A DNA stretch of 64,000 bases from Rhynchobatus australiae (taxonomy: Eukaryota). The stretch spans positions 20,139,597 through 20,203,596 of the forward strand of contig JAUZTB010000071.1 of the NCBI GenBank assembly GCA_034780895.1. Reading direction: 5' to 3'. Below are positions 49,061 through 62,180 of this stretch, piece after piece. The stretch's first letter is position 1; each line of letters starts with the position of its first letter. The notes beneath the pieces are model-generated. The model was not told the origin of the DNA. It saw only the letters and a list, made by a program, of their open reading frames with translations, and did not search any database. A program made the translations under genes and the position numbers.

Positions 49061-51412
49061 TGCACTTTAAGAGCAAACTCTTTTTCAGAAATAATCAAGT
49101 CTGTGTCTTCTGTTGCTGTTCTTTCAATGATTTGAGGGATGGCTGCTTCATCAAGAAGCATCTCTTAAGTTTTAATTTTTTTTAAGACATTAATTTCTGT
49201 TCTATTTTTTTACTGCACAGGGAACCTTTTCTTCCCTTTTGTTAAGTGGTTTATTTGGAGATAAACAAGAGGAAGTGACCACAAATCCCTTTGNNNNNNN
49301 NNNNNNNNNNNNNNNNNNNNNNNNNNNNNNNNNNNNNNNNNNNNNNNNNNNNNNNNNNNNNNNNNNNNNNNNNNNNNNNNNNNNNNNNNNNNNTCCCTTT
49401 GCAGTTGGTGAAATTATTGACTGGGCCACCCAATCAATCTCACAAAAGCTCACAGTTAAGCCAGCATCTTTTACCCAAACTTATTCTGCATCCCCACATT
49501 TGTTCTACATTCCAATACCCATTCCTTTGCAGAATGATACTGCACTCTTACCTGCTCTCTGCAATACCGATTACAGAGACACAGTGCGGTGTGCTGCTAC
49601 CTCATCAAGCATGTTCACAGGGAATGGAATGTGTAAATTCACATGAAGGACATTGAAAGGCAAAGCACAACTTTGATGCCAATAAAACTTACAAGGTATC
49701 AGTAGCTGGTAGGATCATAAATCCTGTGAATAAGCCCCTGGGTCCTCTGTGTAACTATTCTGCACCTGACTCGTTAATGGAGTTTGCTGCCCTTCAAATC
49801 CAGAATCTATAGCTCGCTGAAGTGCAGAATCCAGCCTGGACTTCCACCCTTGCACATTGCAGTACTGAAATACAGAACGTACAAGATGTCCACCCATGGA
49901 TTTACCAAGTCATTCCACAACTTAGAGCTGAGGGCTCGATACATTTTGTATGCAGCCCCTCAGCTACTTCCAGAGCTGCAGCAATCATTTACAATTCATT
50001 TTCAACCATTAGAAAGGTAAGCAAATGGTTTGTCCTTTTTCCCCAATTTATTTTGATTACTATTATTATTTCCAATTAACTTACATCAGTTGATTTTTTT
50101 TCCTTGAAATATTTTAAATAATTTTTATTTTTTTTAATATAATAACTTGAATCTTTCTGGGGACAGGCTCCTGGACAGCATGAGCTGTCAGTAATGGGGC
50201 CCATGGTCAGTCTCAATAGTAGAGCCCCTGAGAGTGATGCCTAGACTGCCTGCAGCCTCAGCACCACTCTCACACCGTTATACCTCACGGATGACCAATG
50301 CATCAGATTCAATAAGAGCCCATGGCTGTAAAAGGTGAGAGCAATCACAAGGCTGAAGCAGGTCCAACCATAATACTTAGCCCCAGTCCAAAATGATCTG
50401 GTTCCTTTAAAATTTTATGCATGTTATATATCACATAATTCCTTTATTAACAATTGAACATTGGATTACCATTTATATTGCCAGAGTGGAAGAAAATAAT
50501 GGAGACCAGAAGGTCAGAGGAAAAAAAAATGGGAGGGAGAGAAAGATGAAGCATAGTATCTAAGAAAAGGAAGATTAGGATTATATCTGCAATGATACAT
50601 GAGTTTATAAACTTTATGCATTTAGGAAATGGTTTTGTTCACTTTTATCTCCTTCCCTTGGAGGCTGTTTGACTTTTCAGGTATTATTATTAATGTCCCA
50701 ACATTTTGTTTCATCAGCACAGGTGCAATGTATGTCTTTGCAGAGGTTACAAGAGGGATAATTACCACTGAAGTTTGTTTGAACTACTGTCAGCCACCAC
50801 ATTGTCTTTAGGGTGCATTTTCTTTCTGTTGTTAAATTAATTTACTGTGTGTTGTCACACATAACAAACAGCTGCATCCACATTTGTAAAACATACCCTT
50901 CCTGAATTAGCAAAAATGAAAGAGGCCAACAATTCCCTGCAATAATTTATCATTTCACTCTTGCAGTTGAGAAGCGACTCAACTAATAATGCAACTCTTT
51001 GGTGCACAAAATGTATATAAGAAATGTGAAGAAATTATCAATTTTCACAAAGTATCAATGGGCTACCTAGTGCACAATGAAATCCTGTGCTGAAATTTGA
51101 CGGCAACATTATCTGTGCTATTTTAGTGCATCAATTTACTTCTGTGTGTAGCATGCAATACATTTTTTAGGTAGGAGTCATGAATCCCAGACTACTGTAC
51201 AATTATGCAAAGTAAGTGCATGTTATTTGCAAAGCTGCATGACAAGTATGAACCTGAAAATGTGATCTACTGAATGGGTTCTCAAAGTGCTGGGGCTAAT
51301 ATTGCTTCACATGCTGGTGTTAATATAGGCAGTTTCGTCTTCACATGGTGGGTCAGAGATGAAAGAGGTCACTACACATCTTCAATCGATGAGATGTTGC
51401 AGCTGCGCAAAC

Positions 51413-51636
51413 CAGGTAGTGTAGTGGTTAGCGTAACGCCATTACAGTGCCAGCGACCTGGGTTCAATTCCCACTGCTGTCTGTAAGGAGTTTGTACGTT
51501 CTCCCCACATCTGCATGTGTTTCCTCCCGTTTCCTCCCACATTCCAAAGACATACAGGTTAGGAGCTGTGGGCATGCTACATTGGCACCAGAGTGTGTTT
51601 CGATGTATAGTACATGTGACTAATAAATATCTAATC
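51413..51636 (+). mobile_element. V-SINE family A (internal deletions)
   Basis: ggtagtgtagtggttagcgtaacgccattacagtgccagcgacctgggttcaattccc head; gtacatgtgactaataaa tail. Confidence 0.9.
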
Positions 51637-54600
51637 ATTGCCATCTAAGAAAGAAGTCATTACCTATAGCAACAAAATCATCAGGACCATTGATTAGGAT
51701 TGCTTCAGTGTCCAAAAGGTAGTATTTCCTGAGTCAAGTCCTTTCCAAAGAGGGACAATTATGGTCTGCACTGCAATGCTATTGGGTACATTGTCATGTT
51801 ATTGACAGACCAGAAGAATCGCTATTTAAAGCATTTGCATGTTTTAATGAATGTTAACAGATAGTATGGAGGCTTTTGGGTTTGAATTCTGAGTGACTAC
51901 AATTTTGTCTAAGTATGAAATGGGCAATCATGATGGAGGAATTCTAGGACCCATTAATCATAATTGTTTTATACTCAGACTTGTGGCACTGTGAAGAACT
52001 GCCCTCTTGCTTACAATGCAGGATCAGCTGGATGGAACTCAAGGCACCCAGAGTGTTGTACCATCTTATTGTCCCACATAAGTGGCATCCGCTTCTTAAA
52101 CTAATAAGCAGACAATAACTTCAACCAAAGTGATCTCTAATGCCAAAGTAGTCACAGGATCAGGCACAGATTATGGCCCTTTTATACCTCATTCCATATA
52201 CAGGCAGCCAACAATACTAATCCTCCATCTCTGAAGCATTTAGTAGTAGATTACATCCACAATCAACATGGGGAAACTCACCAAACACAGGATNNNNNNN
52301 NNNNNNNNNNNNNNNNNNNNNNNNNNNNNNNNNNNNNNNNNNNNNNNNNNNNNNNNNNNNNNNNNNNNNNNNNNNNNNNNNNNNNNNNNNNNNNNNNNNN
52401 NNNNNNNNNNNNNNNNNNNNNNNNNNNNNNNNNNNNNNNNNNNNCTTCATTGTGCAGTAGAAAATACCAGAACCCCCTAATGAAAAATGAAATACTTGAC
52501 ACCTGCAATATAATGTCTCCTCAGGTTGTCTTTGTAGTTCAAAGTATAGGGCTAATGATTTTCATATAGATGTCAGCTCCACTATCGTGTTATGAACCAT
52601 GGAGCATACCTTTACTTAAAGCCTCCCTGCTGAACAGCTGCGTCTTCATGTGTTGCTCCCCTGCCATGTCCAGATCCATTACATTACTGTAGTAAAAGCC
52701 GCTGCCTTGGCAATAGATGCCTCCATTGCCTTCTTTGATCCTGTATGCCCTGGCTTGTTCCTGTTTCATTAAGTTAGCTGCAAAATTGATGTTCCTTGTG
52801 CTATTTGATTTAGTCCAGGATGGTAACTAACTCTTTAAAAACCTCCCACTAAGTCAGCTCCCAAACACCAGGCCATGACAACAGCAGAATTTTCTCCTTG
52901 TGATTCCTTTGTACATTTTTGCATGCCTTAAACCATAACAGTAATAATAAGAAAAAAAACATGAGACTAATGAGATATACCTTTACATTCTTTGGCCAAA
53001 AATCTCCAACAACTGAGCAAGGCAGCAGTTGGCACAGCTGTGCATCACTGTTATTCTATTGACCAGATTTTCATTCAAATTATTGAATTCCAGTGAAATA
53101 GCAAAAGCAATTCTGATCCTCAGGAGTAGAACTGTCAAAGATTATAACCATCAAATAGGACTTGGAGAGATATTAAAAAGAAATCTAAAATGCAAAAAAA
53201 ATATCAAACCATTTGAAAATGCAGAAGGTAATTAGCTACCAATTTACAGCTGCNNNNNNNNNNNNNNNNNNNNNNNNNNNNNNNNNNNNNNNNNNNNNNN
53301 NNNNNNNNNNNNNNNNNNNNNNNNNNNNNNNNNNNNNNNNNNNNNNNNNNNNNTCATCCAAGTAATTTACAGCTGCATTTTCAAATAGTTTGATAGTTTT
53401 GTATTTCAGAACACCTCTGAATGCTATTTCAGACATGTTCACAATGCGATGAACATCAATCATGTGGGGATTCATAAGTGACACCTATTTTAATAAATTT
53501 ACATGAAATTCACTCAGTTAATTGGCCTCCCTCACTTTGTGCAAAAGATCACATTGCACACTTGTGTCTTCTGATGGCGTCAACTGCAAAATTATGCTGG
53601 CACATGATTCAGGCCAATAGCTTCTCATTCCTCTGCATCTATTATCCTCCTGTTCAACAGGTAAATAGCATTTGAATTTCTCCTCCATACATATTCAGTA
53701 TAATAGATGAGTTTCATCCACAAAGGTCGCTGTGCTTACAAACTGAATTTGAACATAACACACATATACAGCAAGTTGGTTAGAACTCACCCTTAGTTTT
53801 GTGCCATACTATTGTTCTATGTAAGTGACACTTGCTTCTGAAACTAATAGCAGACAATAACATCAAGAGAAGTAACCTCTAGTGCCAAAGCAGTCTCTGA
53901 AATTGCCTTTTTCAGGTAACACACTCATTGCATAAATATTCCCTTGGGCATCAATGCTTCTATTTGTTGTTTCTCATCTTTTATTCCTTTATGAAAGTAT
54001 GAAATGGGAGCACAAATGGTGTTGAATATTATCAGGCATGGATTGCTGGGGAAAACATTGCAATTTATGCAGTGCAGCAAATAATTCAGAGGTGCATGGA
54101 TGGTTTAACTAGGGGATTGCCGAATCATCTGGGACAAGATTGCAAGGAAAATGGTTATCATCACAAAGTCATTTCTGAATTTAAATGCTGAAGGACAGAA
54201 AGAGCTATATTCAAAATAACTTGCAACATTCAAAAGGAGGCAATGCTTTTCATCGGCTTAATATATCGAGGATAGTATCATGCAGTTGAGTAACACCACC
54301 TAGGTATGCAGCAAGTGAGCCCAAACAAGGATGCAATATCCTGCAAATGAATGAGTACATATGAGCTCAAAGTGTTCCCTATGCAGAATTGACAGTTTGG
54401 AGATTAGTTTCTATCAAGTTATGATTTTCACAGCTGTTTTAAGTAGATGTGGTTCAGAAAATTAAGGCCCAGTTGTGGCTCAACTAATGTGGCTGGCTGC
54501 ACAGCAATACAGTGCACAGTGGAGCCCGTGCATAAACTGCTGCTAGAATGTATCTGAATATGTCCGAAGCCATATAGTGCAGCTGAGAAAGTGATCAACG

Positions 54601-55544
54601 TGAAGGCCATATGCAGTGTGCTTTTTAAATACAATTATTAGCCTTATCACACTGCAGAAAAAAATAACGATGGGGAATAACACAACTATTCTGAGAAAAC
54701 TACGAGGATTACCTTTCCATTCCAGGAAAGCAAACGCAAAAGCAAAGGATTCAAACTTTGTTAGCAGGTTTCAAATTAGGAATTAAATTTTAACTAGAAT
54801 CTGAACTAAACTTGTTATAGCTGCAGTACAATAAACTAATTATTGTGCTGCAGTTCATCGATGTGCAAGAATAATGGGTTGGCGTGAACCATGACATATC
54901 TTGCAATCAGAAAGGATGATTTATTATGAGTTAATTTTAAAATAGTGGAAAGGAATAGAACATTTAATTAAAACACATTCCCCATCAAATTAATTAAATG
55001 CAAATAATTATAGCTCCTGGGCACTTGTCTATCCAATTGAACAAAACACAGGAAGTANNNNNNNNNNNNNNNNNNNNNNNNNNNNNNNNNNNNNNNNNNN
55101 NNNNNNNNNNNNNNNNNNNNNNNNNNNNNNNNNNNNNNNNNNNNNNNNNNNNNNNNNNNNNNNNNNNNNNNNNNNNNNNNNNNNNNNNNNNNNNNNNNNN
55201 NNNNNNNNNNNNNNNNNNNNNNNNNNNNNNNNNNNNNNNNNNNNNNNNNNNNNNNNNNNNNNNNNNNNNNNNNNNNNNNNNNNNNNNNNNNNNNNNNNNN
55301 NNNNNNNNNNNNNNNNNNNNNNNNNNNNNNNNNNNNNNNNNNNNNNNNNNNNNTGAAGATATTACTGTGCCCCAACTGGGGTAAAGAGGAAATGAAGTCT
55401 GACATGTTTCAAAATTCCCAATATTACAACATTACTTTTTTCACTGAGGTTAATACCTGGACAATTTTTATTCCTCAGCTGATCTGTCTGGAGATGATGT
55501 AAAACCGGAGAGCCAAAAGAAAGTGCTGGAATTGGGAAAAATAA

Positions 55545-56520
55545 AACACCATAGTTGCAGAAAATCTGAAATAAAAGAGAATTCTGGAAACATAAAAGGT
55601 CAATAATCTTTCATCAAAACTAAGTTCTGATACCAACTGGAAAGGCTGCTTATTTGAAATTATTGAATTCAGTGTTAAGTCCAGACAGCATTAACATGGT
55701 TGATCAGAAGATGAAACGTTCTTCAAACTTATGATCAGCTTTGCTGGAATAACATAGCAGACCAAAGAGAGAGAGGTCTTAGTTGGGAGTGGGATATAAA
55801 ATTAAATTGACAAGCAACTGGAAGCTCAAGGTCATCTTTACAGATTGAACAGAAGTGATCTACAAAATGGTCACCCTATTTGCATTTGGTTTCTCCAAAG
55901 TAGTGGGGACCACATTGTGACTATCACATGCAGTACATTAAACTTAAATAATTACAAACAAATTATTGCTTTGCATGAAAGGAATATTTGGGTCCCTGAA
56001 CGATGGGGAGGAAAGAGGGAAGCTCAGAGGTGCCATGAGAAGGGAAGTGNNNNNNNNNNNNNNNNNNNNNNNNNNNNNNNNNNNNNNNNNNNNNNNNNNN
56101 NNNNNNNNNNNNNNNNNNNNNNNNNNNNNNNNNNNNNNNNNNNNNNNNNNNNNNNNNNNNNNNNNNNNNNNNNNNNNNNNNNNNNNNNNNNNNNNNNNNN
56201 NNNNAGGACAAAAGAACCCTATCCTTTCTCTGGATTAAAGAGGGTATAAGAACACAACCAAACTGATGTGATTGTGTGTCCTGTCAACTACAGTGGAAGG
56301 GGAGACCACGATTACGGAAAAAGGAAGACTTCTTGGAAACAATGTTGTGGAAAGTATCTTCATCTGGGGTGCAAGTGGGAAGAATCTGAGAAAGGAGAGC
56401 AAGAATAGAGTCAGAATAGGAATAAAAATGTTCTGTGGGACAAGCAGCAGCTAAAATGATGGGTCTGCTGGTACAGAGCTGCTTGAAGATTTTGGGGAGG
56501 AGGTAGATATGGGCCAATAT
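55545..56520 (-). mobile_element. Penelope-like element relic (RT start fused to thumb/linker; GIY-YIG endonuclease)
   Basis: AHIYLLPKIFKQLCTSRPII..CPTE (cf. PLE FYLLPKIHK..GRPIVS) and DEDTFH..SSFFRNRGLP in ORF 56284-56517. GIY-YIG region IVQGPKYSF..LMYCM..SQCGPHYFGETKCK*GDHFVDH..LPVACQFN and terminal FEERFIF..GLNTEFNNFK* (55650-56005). Confidence 0.9.
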
Positions 56521-57004
56521 CTATCACAAGCATTAATCAGAATTCAGAAATGCTTATATTGAAATCTATCCCATTTGAAATTGAAATTGTATTATGACAG
56601 CTCACTAAATACAAAGTACCTGATCTTCATGAACTGACCTTAATATCACTTCCAAAACAAAATAGTTTTCAAAATTCCCTGGGTATTAACAAATTATGCG
56701 ATACTTAGTTGAAATGATTTACTCATTTTATTTATCTATTCCTTGCTAATAGTTTGTCCACCTTAGTCAGTGAGCCAAGTACTACTGCACCATTTTATTA
56801 ATAGGAATAAAGCAAAGGTGTGGTTGGTAAGCTGTACAATTGGCAGAGAGTGCAACGCAGCGCCAACAAACTGGAAATAGAAGCATAATATTGTTGAAGC
56901 TAGAAACCTGAAATAAAAGTAGGAAATGTTGCTTGCCCTGCTCAGCATTTCCAGAAGTTCTCTTAAAATAAATTCCAAGTATTTGTAATCTCTGGTTATC
57001 CTGA

Positions 57005-57172
57005 AGACACAGGAGACTGCATATGGTGGAATCTAGAGCAACAAACAATCTGCTGGAGGAACTCAGTGAGGAGGGAAGAAATTGTCAATGTTTCCAGTCA
57101 AAACCCTGCAGGTTTCACCCCACAGATGCTGCTCAACCTGCTGAGTTCCTCCAGCAGATTGTTTGTTGCTCT
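57005..57172. mobile_element. Short Penelope-derived hairpin insertion with perfect 32-bp inverted arms and 15-bp TSD
   Basis: 57035-57066 is the exact reverse complement of 57141-57172; ctctggttatcctga is repeated at 56990-57004 and 57169-57183. Confidence 0.88.
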
Positions 57173-57439
57173 GGTTATCCTGACTTCAGTAGCTTAGGTT
57201 CTTCAATGTTTAGTTTGATATGACATGCTAGAAATATCTATGTGCGAACCACATATATGTTGTTCTTCTATACTGTCTGGTTAATCTAGACCTAGGCTGA
57301 TGTTATGGGACTAAGCTTTAATGCCTGTACATGACAAACCTGTGGATCTCAAAGTGTTTTTTTTATTCCTAATTCATGAAAAAAAATGGAAACTAAAAAG
57401 CAAAGAGTTTTTGGAGTACAAGTATACAAATCATTTAAA

Positions 57440-57970
57440 GGTGATACCAATCAAAAAGCCTAATGGAATACTAGCCTTTATTACTATGAGGCTGGTATGT
57501 CAAGAAGACATTGTGCTTGGGGTCAGTAGAACCTATTCAGACCTCAGCCTGAAGTACTGCTTTCAATTTGAGCACAGGCTGCATAAACGGAGCTTGCATT
57601 CCCTTGAGTGTGGAATATTGAGGGCGAGCTGATTGNNNNNNNNNNGTGGTTAAAAATGAAAAGGGTTCATTCTGGTGTACATACAAAAAATCTGTTTGCT
57701 CTGATGAGAACATGGGGAGATAATTTTAAAATGTTGAACCAAGCCACTTAGAATAGAAACCACACTATATGGTAACCTTAGGGAAATCTGAAGATCCCTC
57801 TTCAAAAGACTATGGATGCTCCAAAGATTGGAGCTTGCAAAACTGAAATATTTATCGGCTAAGGGTATGAAGCAATATCGAACTAAGGTGGGTGAATGGA
57901 ATTAAAGTGCTGATCAGCCTTGTTCTATTTGGTATACGAGGATGACTGAACTACTTCTGTTACTACATTC
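57440..57970 (+). mobile_element. Old CR1 3' fragment
   Basis: IKKPNGILAFI..LKYCFQF (ORF 57321-57632) and a decayed CR1 tail. Confidence 0.7.
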
Positions 57971-58126
57971 ATGTGCATACAACATCCATCGTCTGTAAAC
58001 CACTTCTGTTACTGGTTTCTATTCTTGATCTGTTTTTAGTGAAAATTACAATGGTTATTTGCATTGCATAATAATGCTCAACATCCTGTAATACGAAATG
58101 TTGGTGGTCATCTAAACTTCCACCTA

Positions 58127-58434
58127 CAGTAAAACTGTTAATCCAGCACATTTGAGACTTTGATGATGTCAGACTAGCAGATATTCCAAACAACTGGATG
58201 TTTTTCTGTTAATACTCCAACACACATCATCACTTTTTCTTTAAATGAATAGTACTTTTTCCCCAGTGATCCCGTTAAGCTTAAAAGGGACCTTAGGAAA
58301 CAGAACCAGGTACGTTTCAGCAAACACAACCAACAGAACCAGAAACTGATGCCCCAGCAAGTGGAAAGGGACTGTGGCAAACAGTCATCAGAAATTCTGA
58401 ATGGTCAGATAGGGGATTATTTGAGTTTTATTAC
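58127..58434. mobile_element. Tigger/pogo-like MITE, same family as 20740-21023
   Basis: TA|CAGTAAAACT start; internal matches such as cccagcaagtggaaagggactgtggcaaaca to the reverse complement of ~20815-20845. Confidence 0.65.
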
Positions 58435-59494
58435 ATTCAATTCTAGGCCCAGGTGTTTTCTTACAGGAACTTGGGAAGGCAACNNNNNNNNNNNNNNNNN
58501 NNNNNNNNNNNNNNNNNNNNNNNNNNNNNNNNNNNNNNNNNNNNNNNNNNNNNNNNNNNNNNNCCAGTTCTCATTCCTGTGGTTATGAAGCTGTTAAACT
58601 TGAAGTAACAACTGAGTACTCAAAACACTCCAAAATGAAATTTAAAATAATTCATTATGAATAGTTTATCTGAATAACAGTCAATTTCAGACTGAGTACT
58701 CTTCATTATTCAAAAAAAAACATTAATTAGCAGGAAGAGATTGCTAAGAGCACTTCTGGCTGTTAAGCTCAAACTGAAGAATTCACTGGCATTAGCTTTC
58801 TTTTTCTCCGTAATGCAGGATGCACGGAAAAAAGTGGCTTTTTCCTACAAAATTATTGCCTGGCACTTAGCTGTACTCTGCCCAGTCAAATATCCTTTTA
58901 GTTTCTATTTTCCCCAACATGGCAGGTGACATCACCTCCAACACTGTCTTCCTTTTGCTTTTTGAAAACAGTAGACATAAACACAATTTGCTGTAAAAAC
59001 AGACATCACTGGTGACAAAGTCTTCCACAAAGCTCTCCACTGTGATCGATGGGGATTGTCAACAAGGGGAATGCAGACACTTTGAAACATCTTTTATTGA
59101 TCTTTGCATGAAATGATAAGAAATAGATCAGTGCTCGAAATGAGACATCGGAGGAGGGTTTAGACCTTAAATGCCGAGAGCTTGGAACTTGACTTTAATT
59201 AACCTGCACTGGCTGCTTCACTTAATCCAATGGTACTACTGAATAGAAATAACCATTCCAGTAAATCATAATACTCGGTCACAGGTCATCCTTGCTATTG
59301 GAGGCAAACAATTCTTCAGGTAAATTCAGATCTGGAACTCTGCTCTCATTTGTTACAACTAGTGCTGCCCCATTCATTTATCCTCACATTCCTGGTCATT
59401 CAAGGAACTGTTTATTGCTTTCCTCTTTCATACCCAAACTCACCAGAAGGGAAGAACTGCTCCAGCTGTCTTGTTTGATAAAAGCTTAACTATA

Positions 59495-59620
59495 GTCTTT
59501 CTTTTGAGTCAGATAGTTACAGGTTCAATCCTCTCTGGAGCTTCTGCATATATATAGCCTCAGCTGACACATTGAAATATGGAGAGAGTACTGTGCTGTT
59601 AGAGATATTGGCTTAGAAAT
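59495..59620 (+). mobile_element. Deu-domain SINE 5' fragment
   Basis: tttgagtcagatagttacaggttcaatcc..gctgacac..gagtactgtgctgttagag. Confidence 0.5.
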
Positions 59621-60689
59621 TCATTAGTGCAGGAAATTGTGTAGTGAAACGCAAGGTATGGGGGACTCATTCTACTTTGTCCCAGAGCTGCTTATACATG
59701 AAATTTATTCCCTTACCTCATCCAATAATTTGTGTGTTTAAGCAAATCATCAGTGTTTTATTTGCATACAATATGAAAGGGAGTAACTTTAGGAATCCCA
59801 AGTACCTGCTGAATGTTATGCATGATGTTTGAAGCTTCTTATAAGGGAGCGACTCGCTGACTCAAAACACTGCTGGAAACTTACTGTGCAACTGGAAAAG
59901 CACTCAGAAGAGCAGTGGGTTGGGCAGGAACCTAGTCACGTCCACAGGACATATTCAAGAGTGTGCTATCAGAGGATTGGCCATTGGAGACATGCAGGTC
60001 TTATGTGGACCTTCTTGTCACCATGACTAAACCTTTGAAGCTAACTCCTTTTGCAATCCCACTTGCACAGGCCCCAGCAGCTACATCAGCAGAAACTGCA
60101 TTTGACACTCATAGCCAATTCAGGCTTAAACACCATCACTCCACTTACAGTGGAGGGTGGGGACTGAGCAGCTTCACTTGGTGTGCTGGTAGGCACTACC
60201 GGCCTGCACTGAGGCAAGAACAGCCAAGCTTATGAGTTTGTTCTTTAAGGGAGAGGCTGCACATCACAAGTCCAAATGCTTTCTACTCGAACAGGAGATT
60301 CATTTCTCTCTCCTCAAGTACACAGGCTCCATCATTTTAAGAGTGCAATGGTGACCTACAAACAACAAAGCGTGGCATATTTNNNNNNNNNNNNNNNNNN
60401 NNNNNNNNNNNNNNNNNTACTGTCAGAGGTTTAACACAATCGTGACCTTCACCTCCAAATATCTGAAGGTTCAGGTTCAGCTATCTGGCTGGAATCCAAA
60501 CTGCGGTAGCTGACAGATCAGTGACCATCTGCTTTGAAAACCTTGCCTCCAGACGCATTGGTCTTTGGATAGGTTGAGGTTGGATTGTTGTGTGATTGAA
60601 TTTCCTTCCTGCTGCCATTCAGATAAATCGTTACCCTGGGACTCCATCTGCCTGTTCCGGTGAAGGTAACAAAGTCTGTAGCAGTTGAC

Positions 60690-60885
60690 AAAGAGCAAAT
60701 AACTTATCCTGATGTTTAAGCCAAGACATCTCTCAGTCTATACTTCCAATATATTAACCAATTCTTTAGCTGAGTGCTGTTTCAGGGACATTGTTATGAT
60801 CAAATTAACTGCTCTGCTTTCTATAAAACAACCATGATTATATTCCAAAGCAAATCATTGGCTAGCAGAGGCTCCTGAATGTTCC
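60690..60885 (+). mobile_element. Deu-domain SINE 3' fragment
   Basis: agagca..tcctgatgt..gctgtttcagggacattg..aaattaactgct..tcattggct; similar to the reverse complement of 22380-22520. Confidence 0.45.
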
Positions 60886-61619
60886 ATGTCTAAAAGTCAC
60901 TACGTAACCAAAACCAAATTACTTCAAATGTATTTCACAAGGTCACTATCAGATCTTATTCTTCACTTTCCTTATGCTGCTCTTATCACCGTTACATCAC
61001 TGAAAATTGGTATAATCAGACTCTTTGAAAATATTTGCTCAAAAGCATTTTATAATGTGATGTACATTCCAATGACCTGCCTCATGTTCCAAATGTTTAT
61101 TACATTACATAAAATATGGTCCCTTCACACTTGATGTCTTCAGTATTGGACTTATGAAGAATTTCATTGAATGCCCTGCTTTGGAGTATGCAGAGGTTAA
61201 ATGAATACATTCATTGCAGTGTACTTCATCTCTGCTGCAGTACTTTTTCTGTACACCTCTCAGCCTCTGATTAGCCTTTAACTTGTTCTGTGAGATTTAA
61301 TTTTCATTCCACTGAGCTATTTCTCCTTTCTTCCTGTGCGATTTCAAGAGGTAATTTTCCATTGTTATATGGTGAGCCAGGTATCACTCTAACGTCCTAT
61401 TAAACTTTTTAGGTTCTGTCACAGTAGAAATGAAGATAATACAGGCTAGAGATTGCACATGGGGATGACTGGAGTGAGAAACACTATAGTAGTTGGTTCT
61501 TATTAACCCTCATTAACTCCATCTGGAGGCACTCAAATATATCCTGCTAAGTGGGTAGAAATATTTCCTTTAATTACTATAGGGACAACATATCACTCCA
61601 AGAAGAATCTTTCCCACAT

Positions 61620-62180
61620 TAATGATCCTATTCTTCATACTCAATTTAATGATCTGTTCTTTACCAGGTTTTGAATTCACTTGTTTCTGATGTACTCTGG
61701 GGCCCTCTGTTTCCTCACATTAGTGAGAAGGCTGATAGAAATTTCTGTGGGATCTGCCATGCAAATCTCTGCTTGGTCAAAAGAATTAAAGCAACTGTAC
61801 AAGGCTTCTTTATTCCCTCTGGTCTCCTGTAAGATGAATGGTTCACTCTCAGCTAATCTTCTATACCCATGTCTGTGATTCCACTTCCACCACTGGTTGC
61901 TACCATTCATGATGTGCAATCTTGGTGTATTGCTTGATCATGACCAGAGTCTCAAATCCCATACCTGTCCCCCAAACTTAACATCAAAATTATTAATAAT
62001 GCTGTTAAACCCAACTTGATTCATGCTTTTATTAGCTGCTTCTCCAGTGTACTACTGCCACCCTTCTCCAATGTACATGGTAATTCATCTGAAATTCCAC
62101 TATTCCATACTGCACTAAATATTACCCACTGAATTGGTCTTCATTACCTATGCTGGTTCACACAACATTGAATTCAATAG
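61620..62180 (+). mobile_element. L2-type LINE fragment, old
   Basis: NLGVLLDHDQSLKSH (~61918-61962) and LIHAFI (~62016-62033), typical L2 RT C-terminal motifs. Confidence 0.65.

Noticed and set aside
49784-50079. Overlapping ORFs ending at a good donor (AAG|GTAAGC, ~50017)
   Set aside because: Peptides not recognised and no clear acceptor or partner exon.
51413-51480. tRNA-like A/B boxes as tRNA genes
   Set aside because: They are SINE heads continuing into V-domains, with no complete cloverleaf.
59963-60235. ORF with faint resemblance to Harbinger transposase (LTPF..P..AE..F..HS..R)
   Set aside because: Similarity too weak; no DDE motifs or TIRs seen.
60623-60665. 43-nt plus-strand micro-exon candidate (INRYPGTPSACSGE)
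   Set aside because: Splice-like signals at this quality are common by chance; peptide unrecognised.
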